DNA from: Blastocatellia bacterium
Lineage (GTDB): Bacteria; Acidobacteriota; Blastocatellia; HR10; J050
Direction: 5' to 3'
Length of the DNA: 64,000 nucleotides
Assembly (NCBI GenBank): GCA_025054955.1
Contig: JANWZE010000031.1
Span: 38,567 to 102,566, forward strand
Numbering within the stretch: position 1 is the stretch's first letter; each line of letters begins with the position of its first letter. The translations under genes were made by a program, and so were the position numbers. Shown piece after piece: positions 47,970 to 58,548 of this stretch. The notes beneath the pieces are model-generated. The model did not search any database and was not told where the DNA came from. It saw nothing but the letters and a program-made list of their open reading frames with translations.

Positions 47970-48995
47970 ATGAATTTTGCGCAATTGCATGAACTCGGAC
48001 TTGAACGCCGCTTCCATGTCGGTTCGCTCAGAAGCTGGCAGTAGTGAAGCTCGCACGCCGTTTAATACCAATTGTTCCAATTGATCGGCGCCCATCTGAA
48101 ATGTACGGGCGATTGCCAGGTACTCATCCGTCAGCGTTGTATTGAACAATGGCGGATCGTCGGAGTTGAGTGTAACAAATAATCCTTCGGCCAACAGCCG
48201 CGGGAGCGGATGATCGGCCAGCGTCGGCACAACATGCAAACAGACGTTACTGGTGACGCAGACATCGAGGGGAATTTGCCGCTCGCGCAGTTCTGCGACC
48301 AGCGCAGTGTCTTCCAGGCAGCGCACGCCGTGTTGAATCCGGTCGGCGTGCAATGCGCGGAGCGCCCCCCAGATGCTTTCCGGCCCGACCGTTTCGCCAG
48401 CGTGCGGCACGCTGGCCAGACCGGCACGTCGCGCGCGGTCAAAGGCTTTTTGGAATCGTTCCGGTGGATGTCCGACTTCGGGGCCGCCCAGCCCGAGCGC
48501 CACAACGCCGTCGCCCATTCCACTGATTGCCCAGTCGGCCACGAGTACCCCTTCAGTGGGCGCGATCATGCGGGGGATGTCAATGATGAATCCTGCACGG
48601 ACGCCATGCTCGGCAGCAGCCCAGGCGCGCGCGCGATTGAGCGCAGCCAGTTGATCGCGGAAAGGAATTTTCTTGAAATGATAGTGCAAGTAGGCCGTAT
48701 AGGTGACTTCGCTATAACGAATGTTTTGCGCGGCCTGACCAGCAAGAAATTCCCGAGCGATCAATTCAATATCGTCGGGCGTCCGAATGCATGAACAAAT
48801 CGTCAAATAGGCGCGGACGAAATTGTCAAAGTCGCTAAACGTATACCATTGGCGCAGTCCTTCAACCGTCTGCGCCGGCAACTGAACGCCGTGACGTTGC
48901 GCCAGCGTCAGTAACGTGGCCGGTTGGATCGAGCCTTCCAGATGGACGTGCAGCTCGACCTTAGGCATCGCGCGAATGAATGTTTCAAGAGACAT
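47934..48995 (-). CDS. add: adenosine deaminase
   Basis: Metal-binding HVHLEGS start motif, ...SLNSDDP..., catalytic His/Asp positions. Start set at MSLETFIRAMPKVELHVHLEG. Its stop is 10 bp from the M2 peptidase gene. Confidence 0.8.
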   Translation of the reverse strand: MSLETFIRAMPKVELHVHLEGSIQPATLLTLAQRHGVQLPAQTVEGLRQWYTFSDFDNFVRAYLTICSCIRTPDDIELIAREFLAGQAAQNIRYSEVTYTAYLHYHFKKIPFRDQLAALNRARAWAAAEHGVRAGFIIDIPRMIAPTEGVLVADWAISGMGDGVVALGLGGPEVGHPPERFQKAFDRARRAGLASVPHAGETVGPESIWGALRALHADRIQHGVRCLEDTALVAELRERQIPLDVCVTSNVCLHVVPTLADHPLPRLLAEGLFVTLNSDDPPLFNTTLTDEYLAIARTFQMGADQLEQLVLNGVRASLLPASERTDMEAAFKSEFMQLRKIHLPNEESHEPTQ

Positions 48996-49005
48996 CGTAC
49001 ACGCT

Positions 49006-50883
<1,878 letters not shown>

Positions 50884-50920
50884 AGAGCCTCCTCAAGGAT
50901 CAATGATTCGATCTTCACGT

Positions 50921-51070
50921 CTCCGTTTTCTCGCATCAGTTTTGAACTGTCCCAGATGGCGTGTCCGCCTGGGCATTCGACACATTCGATATTCCAGTTT
51001 CAAGTCCCCGCTTTCTCCCGTCAGTTTTGAACTGTTCCAATCGCATGTCCACCGGTGCATTCGATATTTT
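50921..51070. repeat. two tandem ~75-bp direct repeats in the 5' leader of the M2 peptidase gene
   Basis: cc(g/c)(t/c)tttctc(g/c)c(a/g)tcagttttgaactgt(c/t)cca... is repeated. Confidence 0.8.
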
Positions 51071-51081
51071 AGGATGTTGCC

Positions 51082-52161
51082 TCACACATTGAACAGGAAA
51101 TGACAGACGTCGCCATCCTGAATAATGTAGTGCTTGCCTTCCACCTTAAGCGTGCCGCGTTTTCTTGCTTCAGCCAGGCTGCCGGCGGCGACCAGGTCTT
51201 CAAAGCGCACGACTTCGGCCCGAATGAAGCCGCGCTGCATATCCGAGTGAACCACGCCCGCCGCGTCAACCGCTGATGTCCCTTGGCGAATTGGCCAGGC
51301 ACGCACTTCTTCAGGGCCAATTGTTATGAAGCTGATCAGTCCAAGCAGCTTGTATGATTGAGCAATGACCCGATCACGCGCCGGTTGGCGAATTCCTAGA
51401 TCATCCATGAAGACGCGGGCTTCGGCGTCCTCCATCTGCGCCAGTTCGGCTTCAAGCTTACCGCAGAAGGCGATCACATCGCTCTTCCGATGCGGGTAAT
51501 CAAACTGTGGCGGACACTGGATTTGATCCTCGCCGATGTTGATGACAATGAGCGCGGGTTTCGCCGTCAAAAATTGGTAACCCCGCAGCAGCCATTCATC
51601 GTCCGGCGTCAGGTCAACGTCACGGATCAGCGTTCCAGCCTCCAGCGCCGTTTTGAGCCGTTGCAACAGCTCACGCTCGTGGATGCGCTTCTCTCGATCC
51701 TTGGCGATCTTCTGGATGTCCGTTTCCAATCGTTCCAGTCGTCGCTCGATGATGCTCAAGTCGGAAAATGCTAACTCCAGATCAAGCGCCGCCACGTCGC
51801 GGGCAACATCCAATGAGCCTGATGGATGGGGAACTGTTACGTCTTCAAACGCGCGCACCACGTACAGCAGCGCATCGGCAGTGGCTAAATAATTGAGCAG
51901 AGCCGGCGGCAGCCCGCGGCTTTTGTGGGACTCGCCGCCCAGCCCAGCTATATCCACGTATTGCACGTCGGCGTAGGTGATTTTCTTGGGATGGTACATC
52001 TCGGCCAGGACTTCCAGTCGCGGGTCTGGCACCTTGACCATCATCACATTCGGTTCAAGCCGTCCTGACGCATAAGCAGACGTCTCGGCCCTGCCGCGCG
52101 TCAGCGCATTAAACACGGTGGTTTTGCCGCTGTTTGGCAATCCGATGAGGGTGACTTTCAT
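51082..52161 (-). CDS. ychF: redox-regulated ATPase YchF (Obg-family GTPase with TGS domain)
   Basis: G1 GLPNSGKTT, coiled-coil insert, C-terminal TGS domain ...EGKHYIIQDGDVCHFLFNV. Confidence 0.85.
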   Translation of the reverse strand: MKVTLIGLPNSGKTTVFNALTRGRAETSAYASGRLEPNVMMVKVPDPRLEVLAEMYHPKKITYADVQYVDIAGLGGESHKSRGLPPALLNYLATADALLYVVRAFEDVTVPHPSGSLDVARDVAALDLELAFSDLSIIERRLERLETDIQKIAKDREKRIHERELLQRLKTALEAGTLIRDVDLTPDDEWLLRGYQFLTAKPALIVINIGEDQIQCPPQFDYPHRKSDVIAFCGKLEAELAQMEDAEARVFMDDLGIRQPARDRVIAQSYKLLGLISFITIGPEEVRAWPIRQGTSAVDAAGVVHSDMQRGFIRAEVVRFEDLVAAGSLAEARKRGTLKVEGKHYIIQDGDVCHFLFNV

Positions 52162-52329
52162 AGCCGCCTCATATCGAGGCAGCTAGTATATCTGGCGCTC
52201 ATTAAAAAAGAAACCGCAGAGCATGCGCAGAACGCTAAGCAAACAGCGTCATTGCGCTGCGCCCGCTCTGCGGTTCGTTTCCCGACGGAGTGCATCAATC
52301 GCCCATGTTCGTATGCACGCCATGCGCGA

Positions 52330-52425
52330 TAAAAATCCGGGAGCGCACGCTTCCGGCGTGCCGAGCTGTCCGCTCCAACAAGCATGCAAGATGCATGCGC
52401 TCCCAGGGGGATGGCAGGGAAGGTT
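52330..52425. repeat. deleted or variant copy of the family-A structured repeat
   Basis: ccgggagcgcacgc...agcatgcaagatgcatgcgctcccaggggg preserves the outer stem gggagcgca/tgcgctccc. Confidence 0.45.
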
Positions 52426-53012
52426 TACTTGACCTTGATCGGCACGCGAACTTCCGTGGTGATCCATTTGAAGATCATGTGCGCTCCGTCATTCACCTTC
52501 TCAAACGCGATGGTGAACGGATCAACTTCCTTCTCAAGCTTGGTAACAGGAGCTGTGACGACCACCACATCATTGGCGGCAAGGTAGCCTTCCTCGAACT
52601 TCTTCGTCTCAGGGTTATAGCGGGCTGTGCCTGACAGGCCAAGCGCTTTGTTAAAGTGAATGGTCCACTTCTCAGGGCCAGGGGTCGTGAAGAGCGAATA
52701 GGTGCCGGCTGGCAATTTCTTATCGCCAATCATGACGTCGCGAGTGACAGTGATCTCAGTCGCTTCATTAGCGCCGGTGCGCCAGATTTCGCCAAACGGA
52801 ACCAATGCTCCTGACTCTTTCGTGCCAAAAATGTTCGTGCGGTCCCGCTTGTACGGACGGCTGTACACGACGCGGATATAAGTATCGCCCAGCATGATGC
52901 GCGACATGCTCATCGGGCTAGGACGTTTGGCCGGATCATCTTGCGCTGCCAGTGGCACGGCAGCGAACAATACGCCGATGACCAAGCTCATGCTCATCAT
53001 TCTTTTCATCAT
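52425..53012 (-). CDS. secreted DUF2911-like hypothetical protein
   Basis: Signal peptide MMKRMMSMSLVIGVLFAAVPLAAQ. Family assignment rests on recollection of the motif ...WRTGANEATEIT..., so it is uncertain. Confidence 0.45.
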   Translation of the reverse strand: MMKRMMSMSLVIGVLFAAVPLAAQDDPAKRPSPMSMSRIMLGDTYIRVVYSRPYKRDRTNIFGTKESGALVPFGEIWRTGANEATEITVTRDVMIGDKKLPAGTYSLFTTPGPEKWTIHFNKALGLSGTARYNPETKKFEEGYLAANDVVVVTAPVTKLEKEVDPFTIAFEKVNDGAHMIFKWITTEVRVPIKVK

Positions 53013-53199
53013 GGTGCCTCCTCAATGTTTGAGTTTGAGTTCAACGATAGGCTGGTAGTTAAGCATACCGGCGGACGACACAGCAAGCCGATGACCCAAC
53101 GCATGGCCTGATTTACAGTGTTTTACAATCGGCGCATCGCGCGCTCTATGCGCTCACGAGAGTTGGCCGATCCGGCAGCGTGTTGCATAATTCACGCCT

Positions 53200-53574
53200 A
53201 TGAGTAACGAGAAGCTCGCTCAATTCGCCGGTCAATCTTATCTCAATCTGGAGACGTATCGCAAAACGGGCGTGCCTGTGCGGACGCCGATGTGGTTTGC
53301 CGAGCAGGACGGCTTGCTGTATGTCTACACCTCATCAACAGCCGGCAAGGTGAAACGAATTCGTAACAATTCAGCCGTGCGGGTTGTGCCCTGTGATGTC
53401 CGCGGCAACCCAAAGGGAACGTGGGTCGAGGCCAAAGCCCGGCTGGTCGGCCACTCGGAGCGGCAACGCGGCTTGCAGTTGCTCAATCGCAAATACGGTT
53501 GGCAGAAAACAGTCATTGATTTCTTCTCCAGCTTGCGAGGACGCACGCCGGTCGTTATTGCGATTGAGATTTGA
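53200..53574 (+). CDS. pyridoxamine 5'-phosphate oxidase-family (PPOX class, putative F420/FMN-binding) protein
   Basis: 124 aa. ...YLNLETYRKTGVPVRTPMWFAEQDGLLYVYT... split-barrel signature. Confidence 0.6.
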   Translation: MSNEKLAQFAGQSYLNLETYRKTGVPVRTPMWFAEQDGLLYVYTSSTAGKVKRIRNNSAVRVVPCDVRGNPKGTWVEAKARLVGHSERQRGLQLLNRKYGWQKTVIDFFSSLRGRTPVVIAIEI

Positions 53575-53635
53575 CAGACAGGCGCCGGACGCGCCATCAT
53601 ACCCCGCCTGTAAATTGCTTCAAGGAGATATGGAT

Positions 53636-54028
53636 ATGAAACGAATCACCATCGTGTCAGCGTTGCTGTTAACGCTCGGTTGCTTACTGCTTACTTCGGC
53701 AGAAGCGAGCCAAAAGCCTAAAAAGGCTGTTGCCAAGCGCGCTACCCTGAAGGTTGTCAAGCCGAATTTGGTTTGCATGGTGAACAACACCGTCTTTTCC
53801 CGCGAGCAGATTCCGGTTGAAGTTGACGGCAAAACCTACTACGGATGCTGCGAGATGTGCAAAAGCCGATTGGCCAATGATGAAGCGGTGCGGTACGCCG
53901 TTGATCCTGTGACCAACAAAAAGATTGACAAAGCCACCGCCGTGATCGGCGCCAAAGCTGATGGCAGCGTGCTTTATTTTGAGAGCGAAAAAACGTTGAA
54001 GCAGTACAGTGCCGGCGGCGCTCAGTGA
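53636..54028 (+). CDS. secreted YHS/TRASH-domain (metal-binding) protein
   Basis: RBS AAGGAG 8 nt upstream of MKRITIV. Signal peptide. ...GKTYYGCCEMCKSRLANDEAVRY... is YHS-like. Confidence 0.6.
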   Translation: MKRITIVSALLLTLGCLLLTSAEASQKPKKAVAKRATLKVVKPNLVCMVNNTVFSREQIPVEVDGKTYYGCCEMCKSRLANDEAVRYAVDPVTNKKIDKATAVIGAKADGSVLYFESEKTLKQYSAGGAQ

Positions 54029-54155
54029 GCGATCTTTTGCTCGACGCGCAAGCCGTGCATAGTGCAGACCAAGTAACGCCGGGTCACCACTGATCCATTG
54101 CTTGCAGCCAAGGGAATCGCTCCTATGCAATAGCACGCCACGAAGAAAAGGGGAG

Positions 54156-54190
54156 CGCAGGCGGAAACGCCTGTGCCACATACTCAAGAG
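54156..54190 (+). repeat. family-C motif copy (gcgcaggcggaaacgcctgtgccacatactcaagag)
   Basis: Shares the 'cacaggc-N6-gcctgtgccacat(t/a)ctcaa' core with three other intergenic sites. Confidence 0.6.
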
Positions 54191-54290
54191 ATGTGGGTGA
54201 GAAAGTTGCACAATCCAAAACCAACGACGGCACGTTACAGCTTGACCCTTGGTTCATGATCGTGACGAACCGAGCGCTTTTGCAGTGATG

Positions 54291-54410
54291 TTTGGCTTAC
54301 TCATTCGTATCGAACATGCCCACTGAGCGGCTTGGCTTGCTCGTTCGTATCAAACATGCCCACTGAGCGGCTTGGCTTGCTCATTCGTATCGAACATGCC
54401 TACTGAGCGG
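54291..54410. repeat. three tandem 40-bp repeats containing the aguB 5' end (…cttggcttgctc(a/g)ttcgtatc(g/a)aacatgcc(c/t)actgagcgg)
   Basis: Period exactly 40 bp, three copies. The third copy carries the presumed ATG at 54396. Confidence 0.85.
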
Positions 54411-55295
54411 AGATTCACCATTGGCCTTGTGCAGATGGCCATGTCGGCTGAGCCGGCAGAGAACCTGGCGCGCGCGCTGGAACATGTTCGCGCGGCAGCC
54501 CGGTTGGGCGCGCAGGTCGTTTGCCTGCCCGAACTATTCCGCTCGCGCTACTTCTGTCAGCACGAGGACGCGGCGTGGTTTGACTTAGCCGAACCCATTC
54601 CCGGACCAACCACTGAGGCGCTCTCCGCAGTGGCTCAGCAAGAGGCTGTGGTTGTGATTGCGTCAGTGTTTGAGCGGCGCGCGCCGGGCCTCTACCACAA
54701 CAGCGCGGCTATCATTGACGCTGATGGCCAGCTTGTTGGCCTTTATCGCAAGATGCACATTCCTGACGATCCGGCCTATTATGAAAAATTCTATTTCACG
54801 CCTGGCGACCTCGGTTTCCGTGCGTTTGAAACGCGCGTCGGGCGGCTCGGCGCGTTGATCTGTTGGGATCAGTGGTATCCAGAGGGCGCGCGCTTGACGG
54901 CGCTTCGTGGCGCCAGTGTGCTGTTTTACCCGACAGCCATTGGGTGGCATCCGCATGAGAAAGAGCAGTACGGCGCGGTGCAGCGCGATTCGTGGCGCAC
55001 CATTCAGCGCGGCCATGCGATTGCCAACGGCGTGTACGTGGCGGCCGTCAATCGTGTGGGACATGAAATCCCTCCAACAGGTGGGGCAGGCATCGAGTTT
55101 TGGGGCAGCTCATTCATTGCCGACCCGCAAGGCGTGATCATTGCTGAAGCCTCCACCGACAAGGAAGAAATTCTGCTCGGTGATGTTGACCCGGAACGCA
55201 TCGAAGATGTGCGGCGCAACTGGCCATTCCTGCGCGACCGGCGGATTGATGCGTATGTCGGGCTGGACCGGCGCTATCTCGAAGAGGAGCGGTGA
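54396..55295 (+). CDS. aguB: N-carbamoylputrescine amidase (carbon-nitrogen hydrolase family)
   Basis: Nitrilase-superfamily Glu-Lys-Cys triad (E50 of ...VCLPELF..., K in ...YRKMHIP..., C in ...LICWDQWYPE...). Strong similarity to plant and bacterial N-carbamoylputrescine amidases. Adjacent to aguA. The start is uncertain because it sits inside the repeat. Confidence 0.8.
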   Translation: MPTERRFTIGLVQMAMSAEPAENLARALEHVRAAARLGAQVVCLPELFRSRYFCQHEDAAWFDLAEPIPGPTTEALSAVAQQEAVVVIASVFERRAPGLYHNSAAIIDADGQLVGLYRKMHIPDDPAYYEKFYFTPGDLGFRAFETRVGRLGALICWDQWYPEGARLTALRGASVLFYPTAIGWHPHEKEQYGAVQRDSWRTIQRGHAIANGVYVAAVNRVGHEIPPTGGAGIEFWGSSFIADPQGVIIAEASTDKEEILLGDVDPERIEDVRRNWPFLRDRRIDAYVGLDRRYLEEER

Positions 55296-55329
55296 TGGGG
55301 CAGAGCGCCTGTGGACCTGCGGAGGAGTC

Positions 55330-56412
55330 GTGACGCAGCAGCTCATCAGCCGACCGACGCCGGCCTCGCTCGGTTTTCAGATGCCTGCTGAGTGGGAGCC
55401 GCACGAAGCCACGTGGATTGCCTGGCCGCATAATCGCACGGATTGGCCGGGCAAATTGGCGGCGATTCAGTGGGTCTACGGCGAGATCGTCCGCAAACTA
55501 GCGCCTGGCGAACTCATTCGCATTTTAGTCAACTCGGCAGCGCATGAAGCGCAGGCGCGCCGATTACTGGCTCGCGTGGGCGTTGATCCAACTCGCGTCG
55601 AATTCTTTCGCATTCCTACTAATCGCTCGTGGACGCGCGATTATGGTCCGTGGTTTGTGCGCAAGGCAGGCCGTCGCCGAGAAGCGGCCGTCATACGATT
55701 TCGCTTCAATGGCTGGGCGCGTTATCGCAATTGGCAAAGAGATGATCGGGTGGCTGAACGCGCGGCGCGCGTGCTTGGTTACCGGTTGTTCTCGGCGAAG
55801 GTCAACGGACGGCTCTTCGTGCTGGAGGGCGGCAGCATTGACGTCAATGGACACGGCACCGTGATGACAACGGAAGAGTGCTTGCTTGATCCCGTTGTGC
55901 AAGTGCGCAATCCAGGAGTGACGCGCCAGCAGACGGACGCTGCATTGAAAGCGTTTCTCGGTGTGACCAATGTGCTCTGGTTGGGCAAGGGCATTGCTGG
56001 CGACGATACGCACGGTCACATTGACGATCTCTGCCGGTTTGTTGGCCCGCGCACGGTGGTCCTGTGTCGTGAAACAAATCCGAAGGACGCTAATTACCGT
56101 CCGCTGGAAGAAAACCGCGAACGGCTTGAAGGCATGCGACTGGAAGATGGCTCGAAAATAGAGATTGTTCCGCTGCCGATGCCCGCGCCTCTGTATTTCG
56201 CTGGCCGACGATTGCCGGCCAGTTATGCCAATTTCTATATTGCGAACGCTGCCGTGCTTGTGCCGACGTTCAACGATCCGAATGATCGCATCGCGCTTGG
56301 CACGCTAGCCGAATTATTCTCTGATCGTCCGGTGATTGGCATTCATGCTGTTGACCTCGTATGGGGCTTTGGCACGCTCCATTGCCTCACGCAGCAGCAG
56401 CCCCGTTTGTGA
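55330..56412 (+). CDS. aguA: agmatine deiminase
   Basis: MPAEWEPHEATWIAWPH signature and the C-terminal catalytic Cys region ...GTLHCLTQQ. GTG start preceded by GGAGGAG. Confidence 0.85.
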   Translation: MTQQLISRPTPASLGFQMPAEWEPHEATWIAWPHNRTDWPGKLAAIQWVYGEIVRKLAPGELIRILVNSAAHEAQARRLLARVGVDPTRVEFFRIPTNRSWTRDYGPWFVRKAGRRREAAVIRFRFNGWARYRNWQRDDRVAERAARVLGYRLFSAKVNGRLFVLEGGSIDVNGHGTVMTTEECLLDPVVQVRNPGVTRQQTDAALKAFLGVTNVLWLGKGIAGDDTHGHIDDLCRFVGPRTVVLCRETNPKDANYRPLEENRERLEGMRLEDGSKIEIVPLPMPAPLYFAGRRLPASYANFYIANAAVLVPTFNDPNDRIALGTLAELFSDRPVIGIHAVDLVWGFGTLHCLTQQQPRL

Positions 56413-56416
56413 TCGC

Positions 56417-56518
56417 GCCACGCAGGCTCCTTGCTTGCATACAAGCCCGACTGCCCCCTTGTCAACGAGCGACCACGCTTTGCAATCATGCCACGCAGGG
56501 CCACTGCTTGCACAGGGC
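56417..56518. repeat. two ~32-bp direct repeats (gccacgcagg(c/g)(t/c)c(c/a)(t/c)tgcttgca(t/c)a) between aguA and the S9 peptidase gene
   Basis: Seen directly. Confidence 0.6.
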
Positions 56519-56580
56519 AGCGGTCACGCCGTATGATGATGCTGCTTAATTTTGATTCTGATTCAACAAGGAGACGACCC

Positions 56581-58548
56581 ATGAAATATCGTTGCCTTTT
56601 GCTCGCTCTACTGGTGCTGGTCAGTGTGAGTGTGCCGACGCAGGCTGAGCGCCGGGAACTGGGCAACCTCATCATTGACGGCGTGCCGGAGATTCCCAAA
56701 GCCATTGCCGAGCGCATGGAGCAGTACCAGAACGTGCGCTCTGCCTCATTTCTTGATTGGAATCCGTCTGGTCCGGGGATGTTGATCTCGACGCGGTTTG
56801 GTGAAACGAGTCAGATTCACTATGTTGAGCAGCCGGGCGGCGCGCGCCGGCAGCTCACGTTCTTCAAGGAACCGGTGACCGATGCCCGTTACTATCCGGG
56901 GTTGGATCGGCGCGGCTTTCTGTTCAGCATGGATCGAGGCGGCGCTGAGTTCTTTCAATTCTATTTTTTCGATCTCGACACAGGTCGCGTGACGTTGCTC
57001 ACTGATGGTCAATCCCGAAATACAGGAGCGCGCTGGTCGCCTGATGGCAAATGGATCGCCTTCTCCAGCAACTTACGCAATGGTCGCGATACCGACATTC
57101 GCTTGATGCGGTTTGATCAGCCGGGCGTTTCTGAGGTGCTCGTCGAAGCCAAAGGCAGCTATGAGGTGCTGGATTGGTCGCCTGATCAGAGCCGGCTGCT
57201 CGTGCGACGCAACGTGTCAGTCAATGAATCCTATCTGTATTGGTGTGACCTTGCCACCAAGAAGCTGACGCAAATCAATCCACAAAAAGCGGCCACTGCC
57301 TATGGCTCGGCGCGATGGAGTCGAGATGGTCAAGGGGTGTACTACACCTCGGATGAAGATAGCGAATTTCAGCGGCTCACCTACTATGAGCTGGCCACCA
57401 AGAAGAAAACAGTGCTCACGGAGAATCTGCCCTGGGATGTGCAAGGTTTTGAGCTATCGCCAGACGGGCGGCGCTTGGCGTTTGTGCTGAACGCCGGCGG
57501 CATCAGTCAACTGCATGTGATCAATCCCAAGACCCGCCGGCCGCTCACAATGCCGGACGTGCCGATAGGCGTCATCGGAGGATTGGAATTTTCCAAAGAC
57601 GGCAATGAATTAGGCTTCACGCTCGACTCAGCGCAGTCGCCGGGCGATGCTTATTCGATTCGGCTCACCACGCGCAAGCTGGTGCGCTGGACGTTCAGCG
57701 AAACGGGCGGGCTGAATCCTGAGCATTTCGTTTCGCCGCAACTGATCCACTATCCGACATTCGATACAGTCAACGGGCAGCCACGCCTGATTCCGGCATT
57801 CTATTACAGACCGCGCCATATCACCGGCAAAGCGCCCGTCGTCATCTCGATTCACGGCGGGCCGGAAGCGCAGGAGCGCCCCAGCTTCAATTCGACCTAT
57901 CAGTACCTCGTCAACGAACTCGGCATTGCTGTGCTGGCGCCGAACGTGCGCGGCTCGTCCGGATATGGAAAAACCTATTTGACGCTCGATAACGGCATGT
58001 TGCGCGAGAACGCAGTGAAAGACATCGGGGCGTTGCTCGATTGGATTGCCCAGCAACCTGAACTGGATGCCGAGCGTGTCGGCGTGATGGGCGGTTCCTA
58101 TGGCGGGTACATGGTGCTAGCCAGCATGACACACTATAACGATCGCATCCGCGCGGGCGTTGACGTGGTCGGCATCAGTAATTTCGTCACATTTTTGGAA
58201 AGCACGCAGGAATATCGCCGCGATCTACGTCGCGTCGAATACGGCGACGAACGCGACCCGAAGATGCGCGAGTTTCTCTTGCGGATTTCACCGCTGACGA
58301 ATGCGCACAAGATCACCAAACCGTTGTTCGTCGTGCAGGGACTAAATGACCCGCGCGTGCCGTACACCGAATCGGAGCAGATGGTCAAAACGATTCGCCA
58401 AAACGGCGGACAGGTGTGGTATCTGGCTGCCAAAGATGAAGGACACGGATTTCGCAAGAAATTCAATCGCGATTTCTACTTGAACGCCATGTCGCTGTTT
58501 TGGGAAGAATTTTTGCTGAGCGGAAAACCAATGGTGGTCACCAAGTGA
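56581..58548 (+). CDS. S9-family serine peptidase (prolyl oligopeptidase / dipeptidyl aminopeptidase type) with N-terminal beta-propeller
   Basis: Signal peptide MKYRCLLLALLVL. Catalytic GGSYGGYM (GxSxGG), and Asp/His in ...QGLNDPRVP... / ...EGHGF.... Propeller repeats (…WSPDGKWIAFSS…). Confidence 0.85.
   Translation: MKYRCLLLALLVLVSVSVPTQAERRELGNLIIDGVPEIPKAIAERMEQYQNVRSASFLDWNPSGPGMLISTRFGETSQIHYVEQPGGARRQLTFFKEPVTDARYYPGLDRRGFLFSMDRGGAEFFQFYFFDLDTGRVTLLTDGQSRNTGARWSPDGKWIAFSSNLRNGRDTDIRLMRFDQPGVSEVLVEAKGSYEVLDWSPDQSRLLVRRNVSVNESYLYWCDLATKKLTQINPQKAATAYGSARWSRDGQGVYYTSDEDSEFQRLTYYELATKKKTVLTENLPWDVQGFELSPDGRRLAFVLNAGGISQLHVINPKTRRPLTMPDVPIGVIGGLEFSKDGNELGFTLDSAQSPGDAYSIRLTTRKLVRWTFSETGGLNPEHFVSPQLIHYPTFDTVNGQPRLIPAFYYRPRHITGKAPVVISIHGGPEAQERPSFNSTYQYLVNELGIAVLAPNVRGSSGYGKTYLTLDNGMLRENAVKDIGALLDWIAQQPELDAERVGVMGGSYGGYMVLASMTHYNDRIRAGVDVVGISNFVTFLESTQEYRRDLRRVEYGDERDPKMREFLLRISPLTNAHKITKPLFVVQGLNDPRVPYTESEQMVKTIRQNGGQVWYLAAKDEGHGFRKKFNRDFYLNAMSLFWEEFLLSGKPMVVTK

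Noticed and set aside
54372-54395. Upstream ATG (54372) as the aguB start, giving MACSFVSNMPTERR…
   Set aside because: It lies inside the tandem repeat, and the conserved amidase N-terminus begins near RFTIGLVQ. 54396 is preferred, but either remains possible.
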